DNA from: Octopus vulgaris
Taxonomy: Eukaryota
DNA: 64,000 bases
Assembly: GCA_951406725.2 (NCBI GenBank)
Contig: OX597819.1
Location: 30,628,001 to 30,692,000 of the forward strand
Direction of reading: 5' to 3'
Shown here: piece by piece, positions 57,911 to 64,000 of the stretch
How the letters are laid out: each line of letters starts with the position of its first letter
Position numbering within the stretch: the stretch's first letter is position 1
Notes under the pieces: model-generated
Told to the model about the DNA's origin: nothing
What the model saw: only the letters and a program-made list of their open reading frames with translations
Databases searched by the model: none
Position numbers and translations under genes: made by a program

Positions 57911-58390
57911 GTGGCGACGAGGAATTAACAAATATTTTTCTTTTTTGCGTGCGAATTTTACGAAAAAAAATCGTAAAACTATGGAAAATTTGTTGGCTGG
58001 TTTTCTCGAGTTGCAAAAACAGCAACGGAAAGAACAACAACAGCAGCAGCTGCAACTGCAAGAACAACAGAAGAAGCAACAACAACAACAGCAGCAATTA
58101 CTATTACAGCAACAAATGCTGCAATTAATGAATAGTAAGTCGTCAGGAAATGCTGAAAAAAAATTCTCAGCAGATTATGTTGCGAACTCGATAACAGAGT
58201 TTAAGTACGAACCAGACGAAGGAATTACCTTCGAGGCTTAGTATAGAAGATACGAATAAATCTTCGATAAGGAATACAAAGATTGGGACGACGATATGAA
58301 ATCGCGTCTAATCTTAAGAAAACTAGCAGCAGAAGAACATGAGCGTTACAGCAATTACTTACTCCCGAAAAAACCTTTTGACAAACTTTA

Positions 58391-58555
58391 TAGGCGTAGG
58401 AGTGGCTGTGTGGTAAGTAGCTTGCTTATAAACCACATGGTTCCAGGTTCAGTCCCACTGCGTGACACCTTGCGCAAGTGTCTTCTACTATAGCCTCGAG
58501 CCGACCAAAGCCTTGTGAGTGGATTTGGTAGACGGAAACTGAAAGAAGCTCGTCA

Positions 58556-58594
<39 letters not shown>

Positions 58595-58759
58595 CGAGAG
58601 AGAGAGAGGGGGAGAGGGAGAGAGAGGGAGAGAGGGAGAGAGAGGGGGAGAGAGAGTGTATATATGCTTGTGTGTCTGTGTTTGTCCCCCCCCACCCAAC
58701 ATCGCTTGACAACCGATGCTGGTGTGTTTACGTCCCCGTAACTTAGCGGTTCGGCAAAA
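58391..58759 (+). mobile_element. SINE family A inserted in Gypsy gag (tail missing)
   Basis: Head, (TA)/(GA) tract and part of the tail half. Confidence 0.88.
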
Positions 58760-59329
58760 TACGCCCGTGTTTTGTATGGGAATATAGTCAGTTCAGTCGG
58801 AGGTTCGAATGAGGCTGAGGGACTGAAACGAAAAATAAACATGTATTTCCAGATGTTTTCTCGGGGGAACTTGGTTGCTGCACGAAAGCAAAGGCAACCA
58901 GAAAAGCACTCGGAAAGCGCAGACTTCCACCAAGCAGCTCATTTCCACCCATATACACGCATTCTGAAACTCGCCCAATTTTCCAAGGCGACGCCGGCAA
59001 AAACATAACCTCCTTGTCGGGGTTAAAAAAAATATCACAGCCATATGATTTTTAAAGAAACTTTAAAAACAGGAATCATATGAAACAGTTATAATACATC
59101 AATGACAACTGCAAGTAGTTTCACCATACAACTAAAAAGAAACTTGAGTGTTAAGATAGATACGCGAGTAAATTTACTAATAGAGAAACGAAAATAAACT
59201 TTGGAAGCAGCAACGCCACCATAGGTTACGTGCAAACGATGAACGTGTTCTCAAGAGAAATAATCAAAGAAGGTAATACTTCATGTAAAGTAAATATAAC
59301 AAATGAAAAATCCTTCTAGAATCCATAAA

Positions 59330-59502
59330 AATTCCCGGATCACTACCAAAATTTCATTATCTGTTCCTTGTGTGATTCCCAACTTTTCCTGCAAGTTTCA
59401 TCAAATACCGTTCACAATTTTTGGAGTTATTTTGCACACAGGCGGACAGGCGGACAAACCAACGCCAATGAAAACATAACCTCCTTCCATGGCGTAGGTA
59501 AA
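59330..59502 (+). mobile_element. Probable non-autonomous (Helentron/HINE-like) element end inside the Gypsy
   Basis: AAGTTTCAT..ACAGGCGGACAGGCGGACA..GAAAACATAACCTCC..GGCGTAGGTAA hairpin end; similar end at about 58990-59025. Confidence 0.4.
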
Positions 59503-62165
59503 AATTGCAGTAAAGCAAAGTGCAACACCTACAATTTAAGCTAAAACGAAATGTACCGTTCGCGACAATAGACCAGATAAACAAGGGACTTGAAAGACTT
59601 GGAAGCCAAGGAATAATCGAGAAGACTGACCACTCAAACTGGTCAGCACCTAAAGTCTATGTAAAAAAAGAAAAATAACAAGTTAAGAGTTTGTGCAGAT
59701 TTTTCAACAGGTTTGAACGATCGCATAATCTCACATAACTACCGATTACCGAGTCATGGGGAAGTGTTTGCACAATTGAATGGAGGGAAATTTTTCTCAA
59801 AATTGAACCTCTCGGAGGCATATCTATAGATCTAAGCAAAAGAGGAATGCTCACATTAACCATCAATACCCACCGTGGCTTATTTAAATTTAAGTGACTT
59901 CCCTTTAGTGTAAAAGTGGCTCCTTCCATATTCCAGCAAGTAATGGATACAATGCTGGATGACTGATTTTGCTATCACCTATTTGGACGATATTCTAATA
60001 AAAAGCTAATCACATGAACAACATATAGAAGACGCTAAAAGGGTATTCGAGAAGATTAGAAAATACGGTTTCACGTTAATGGCAGAAAAATGTGAGTTCT
60101 TCATGACAAAAATTAAACAAGCCAGATAATAGATAACGAACGAAAACCGGATCCAGCCAGAGCAAGTGCGATAAAAAAATATGCCCACGCCAAATAATGT
60201 GACTATGCTACAAGCATTCTTGGGTTTAGTAAATTATTATCAAATTTACATTCCCAATATTCATAGGGTAAGAGCCCTGCTCAATAATTTGTTAAAGAAA
60301 AATAGAAAATAGTGTTAGACTGATAAGTGAGAGAAGGCATTTGACGAGTTAACGTCGGATTTATCGTTAATGCATTTTGGTCCGAAGTTGGATATTATAT
60401 TGGCTACAGATGCGAGTGATTACGTGTAGGAGCAGTGCTTCTGCACAAATATGACGATGGCAGTAAAAAGGCTATAACCCATGTGTCACGATCATTATTA
60501 CCAGCTGAAAGGAACTATAACCAGAAAAAAAAAGTAGCGTTAGCAATCATACTAAGTATGAAAAATTCCATAGATTTATTCATGGAAGAAGTTTCTGTCT
60601 ACAAACGTATCATCGCCCACAACTGTCAATATGCGGTTCTAAAAAAGGAATACCAACACACACAGCGAATATATTACAATGATCGGGCACTACATTATTG
60701 AATTATGACTACAAAATGGAATATTTACCATAAAAAAAACGAGGGCATATGGATGGCTTGTCCAGACTGATACCGAAACACTGTGAGCCATTCGAAGATA
60801 CGGTCATCCTAGCTTTTAGAGCAGAAAGAGAAATAAAGAATGTAATGTGGAATGTAGTACGCGAATTACCGGTAACCCTGGAAGACATAAAGTGAAATGC
60901 GGTAAAGGACAAATTCATAACAGAAGTTAAAAGAACACTGTGGTCAGGAAAAGTAAGTAGGAACAGGATTGGTGCGAAACGAAACAAAGACGTGAACCTA
61001 TGCTCAATTTGTGATGGCGTACTGATGTATGCACAGAGATCAGTGATATCTGACACACTACAAAAGAAAATGTTAAGGGAATTTCATGTTGGACATCCTG
61101 GTATTTCGAGGATGAAAGCTTTAATACGTAGCTACGTGTATTGGCCAAAAATTGGAAGAAAAATCGAAAATTTAGTGAAAGGCTGTAGAGGATGTGCTCT
61201 AGCGGCAAAACTATATAGAAGATATATTCCAAAAGTAGATGTTCAGTAGTCGAGACTACACATCGATTTCGCTGGTCCCTTAAACAGTTCATACTACTTA
61301 GTGACAGTGGATAGTTTCTCTAAGTGGCCAGAAATTTGTAAGTGTAAAAACACCAACCTCCTCAACTGTGACAAATTTCTTTACATGAGCTGTTTTTACG
61401 TGAACTGGTTGGCATCCCAGACGCCATGGTGTCTGATAATGGAACGCAATTTGTCTTTTGAATTTAAAGAATTTTGTAAAACATTCGCGGTAGAACATGT
61501 AACTACGGCGCCATACGTTCAAGAGAGCCCTAAGTAAGTCGAATAAGGATGTCTCGGATGAGGTAGCTCAACAACAATTCTTAAGAGTATACCGTGTGAC
61601 ACCAAATCCAAATACACTAGCGGGTATGTTACCAGCAGAGCTGATATTTGCGAGGAAAATAAAATCAGTCTTTGACAAATTGCTACCTGAGCAAGAAAAG
61701 AAAAATTGCAAGGGAAAATACAAGACTTGTCAAAATTGGTGAAATGGTATTTATGAAGGCATATAAGAACGGAAAACAGAGTTGGGAAGATGGCGTGGTT
61801 ACCAAACGCATAGAAAAAATGCTATCCTTGATAAAAAGTATAAAAAAAGGTGTATACAAGAGACACATGAACCAACTGAAAAAAAAAAAAGATTCATTAA
61901 GAGCGAACCGAAGAGAATGGAAGAACCAATGAAATGGTTGTATGATACTTTTGAAGTACCAACGCCACTACAAGTCATTGAACCCAGGCGCAAAAGCGTG
62001 AGAAAAAGATATACATGGGTTCCTGGAAATGGATGCCAAATAGGAAAATATTAAATGTGTGACTAAGAAAAAAACTCAAAAAGGGTGGTGGGTGATATAA
62101 AAAGTATTACTATTTAAAGAAATAAAATGACACTCCCTAAGAAAAAAGAAAAACTTAAAAGGATG

Positions 62166-62370
62166 TGTTGTGGGGATAATAGTAATAATGGTATACCCCT
62201 CCCACGTGACGAGTGGTATATGCTAGTTGCTATAAGTAAAGTGACGTCGGTCAGTATAGGGAGAGAGTACGAAACAGACGGTCTTTGATAGTCGTGTCTT
62301 TCCTGGTCTAACAACTATACTGCTATATCGAAGTGGGCGTTATAACAATCCGACATTAAGGATTAGAGCA
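62166..62370 (+). repeat. 3' LTR (TG...CA)
   Basis: Direct repeat of 57704..57910 with many substitutions. Confidence 0.9.
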
Positions 62371-63683
62371 TTTTTATTCCATTTTCATTCGGAATAATTT
62401 ACGTCCCGACTTAATTTAGGTCTACTATCATATATAATATTACCTCTCTTCTTATCCAATGAGTCTGTAACGAGGTGACATCCTGTATGCATATTATTTA
62501 TTAAATGAATGATAGTAGCAAACCATTACACACGTACATTGCTGGTATGTAATTATACATTTTGGAACATATAATCATATATTTTTGTAATTATGTACTT
62601 TGAAGCGTTTCATAATGTATATCGAACCGATTTGAATGGAATAAGGCACTTTGTAATATGTAATCGTGAATATCATATGAAATTTTGGAATATGTGAAAA
62701 GGATTTTTTTTTTTAATAATTTAACTGTGATAATCTTGTTTTGAACATTATTGTATTTTTACATGATCTGGTTGCAATAATGTACTTTGAAATTAATTAA
62801 CAGCAATGTGAAAAGAATAGCGAAATTTGTGTGTGTGTCTATGCGTACATGTGTGTAATTATTTTTGTTTGATAATTCAAAAACGAGAGCAATGGAACAC
62901 AGAGCGTCAAATAGGGCACATACATGTCTTATAAAATTCGAAATGTTCTCTGTATTAATTGCTAGCTTTTACAGCTAATAAACTACATGATCATTTGCAA
63001 TCGATGATGACTTGGTGTAAAAATGTACCGTGTTATCCCTAATATCTATAACTGGCCATGTAGCTGTGGACAAACACGGACAGCCTTTCGACCCTACCAC
63101 CTTTAATCAAGCAGAATATCAAGAATGACACGCACGAATGCAGAATAGGCTGCACCAATATTTCAATTATCTATCCCGGAAGAATGAAAGCAGAATTGAT
63201 TCTGTGAGGTTTGAACAAATACGGCAACAAATTCTATCCCACGCTCTCGCATTTTGTTAGCTAAACAGCAGCAGTTATATCTCCAAAATTTGTTTAATTA
63301 TCGTAAATATTTATCAAATATATACAAAGCTATTGAGGCCAAGACTAACATATAATCCTTCAAAATTTAACTCTTTGATACTGTAAGATTTATTTCTGTT
63401 GGCAAAGATACAAAAACAAGAAAAATAATTTCTAAACTGTATGTATCTCAGAGAACGATAAACATCCTAAAGTATGAAATGTGCACCACACCCTAAATTA
63501 GGGATTGCAAAATATCTACAAAATATCAACAAGAAAATATTTCCAATTCAATGCAGGAATTCTCAACGTTCTTCTGCGTCGTGACTGTAACAAATGTGAC
63601 TCTTGAAACATCTTATACTTAACTATTTTGATGCTAAACCCTCGTTCTTGAGTTACAAGTATATGTACATATTTATGCCTATG

Positions 63684-63740
<57 letters not shown>

Positions 63741-64000
63741 TAAAATAATAATCTATAATATAAATTGGACATGGGCGATCGTTGTATTCTTTCTTGTCTT
63801 GAGGTTAACAGCCGAACAGCTAGATGGATTCACGTGAAAAATGGCACACATGTGGAGACGGGTGCGTAGATTGGAATGCAGGTTATATTTTTTCCCTAGT
63901 CCCCATAGTTACTGAGAAAATCGATTAAAACTTTTCTAATGGAATTCCCCCTCCTTCTTCCGCCTTTAAAATAACCAGTTGCTCACACAGCCGGCATATA

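Larger units (their letters stand above)
57704..62370 (+). mobile_element. Full-length decayed Gypsy LTR retrotransposon (Mag/K02A2.6-like)
   Basis: Paired ~205-bp LTRs; PBS TGGCGACGAGG at 57912; Gln-rich gag (...ANSITEFKYEPDEGITF); RT YLDDIL; RNase H; integrase FHVGHPG...YVYWP...C..C; purine-rich tract before the 3' LTR; flanks TTTCT/TTTTT. Confidence 0.93.

Overview
AT-rich, repeat-saturated eukaryotic (metazoan) genomic DNA with no confidently identifiable host protein-coding gene. The SINE families and extreme microsatellite density suggest a cephalopod such as Octopus (inference). It contains a Penelope-like element (PLE; RT plus GIY-YIG) at the left edge and two more GIY-YIG fragments; two decayed Gypsy (Mag/K02A2.6-like) LTR retrotransposons, one full length with both LTRs and a PBS; a near-intact Tc1 DD34E transposon nested in a SINE; decayed Tc1 and mariner copies; CR1/L2-, RTE- and R4/Dong-like LINE fragments; four tRNA-type SINE families; non-autonomous Helitrons; MITEs; a 5S rRNA pseudogene; and a 1.9-kb 30-bp minisatellite. 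The most striking signal is about 12 minimal type-I hammerhead ribozyme motifs of the Penelope/retrozyme kind, carried by short non-coding elements mostly next to (TA)n/(TG)n tracts. They include a tandem dimer (about 192-nt monomer) and a 660-bp palindrome with two near-identical, canonical-core hammerheads on opposite strands. Most ORFs in the supplied track are microsatellite artefacts.
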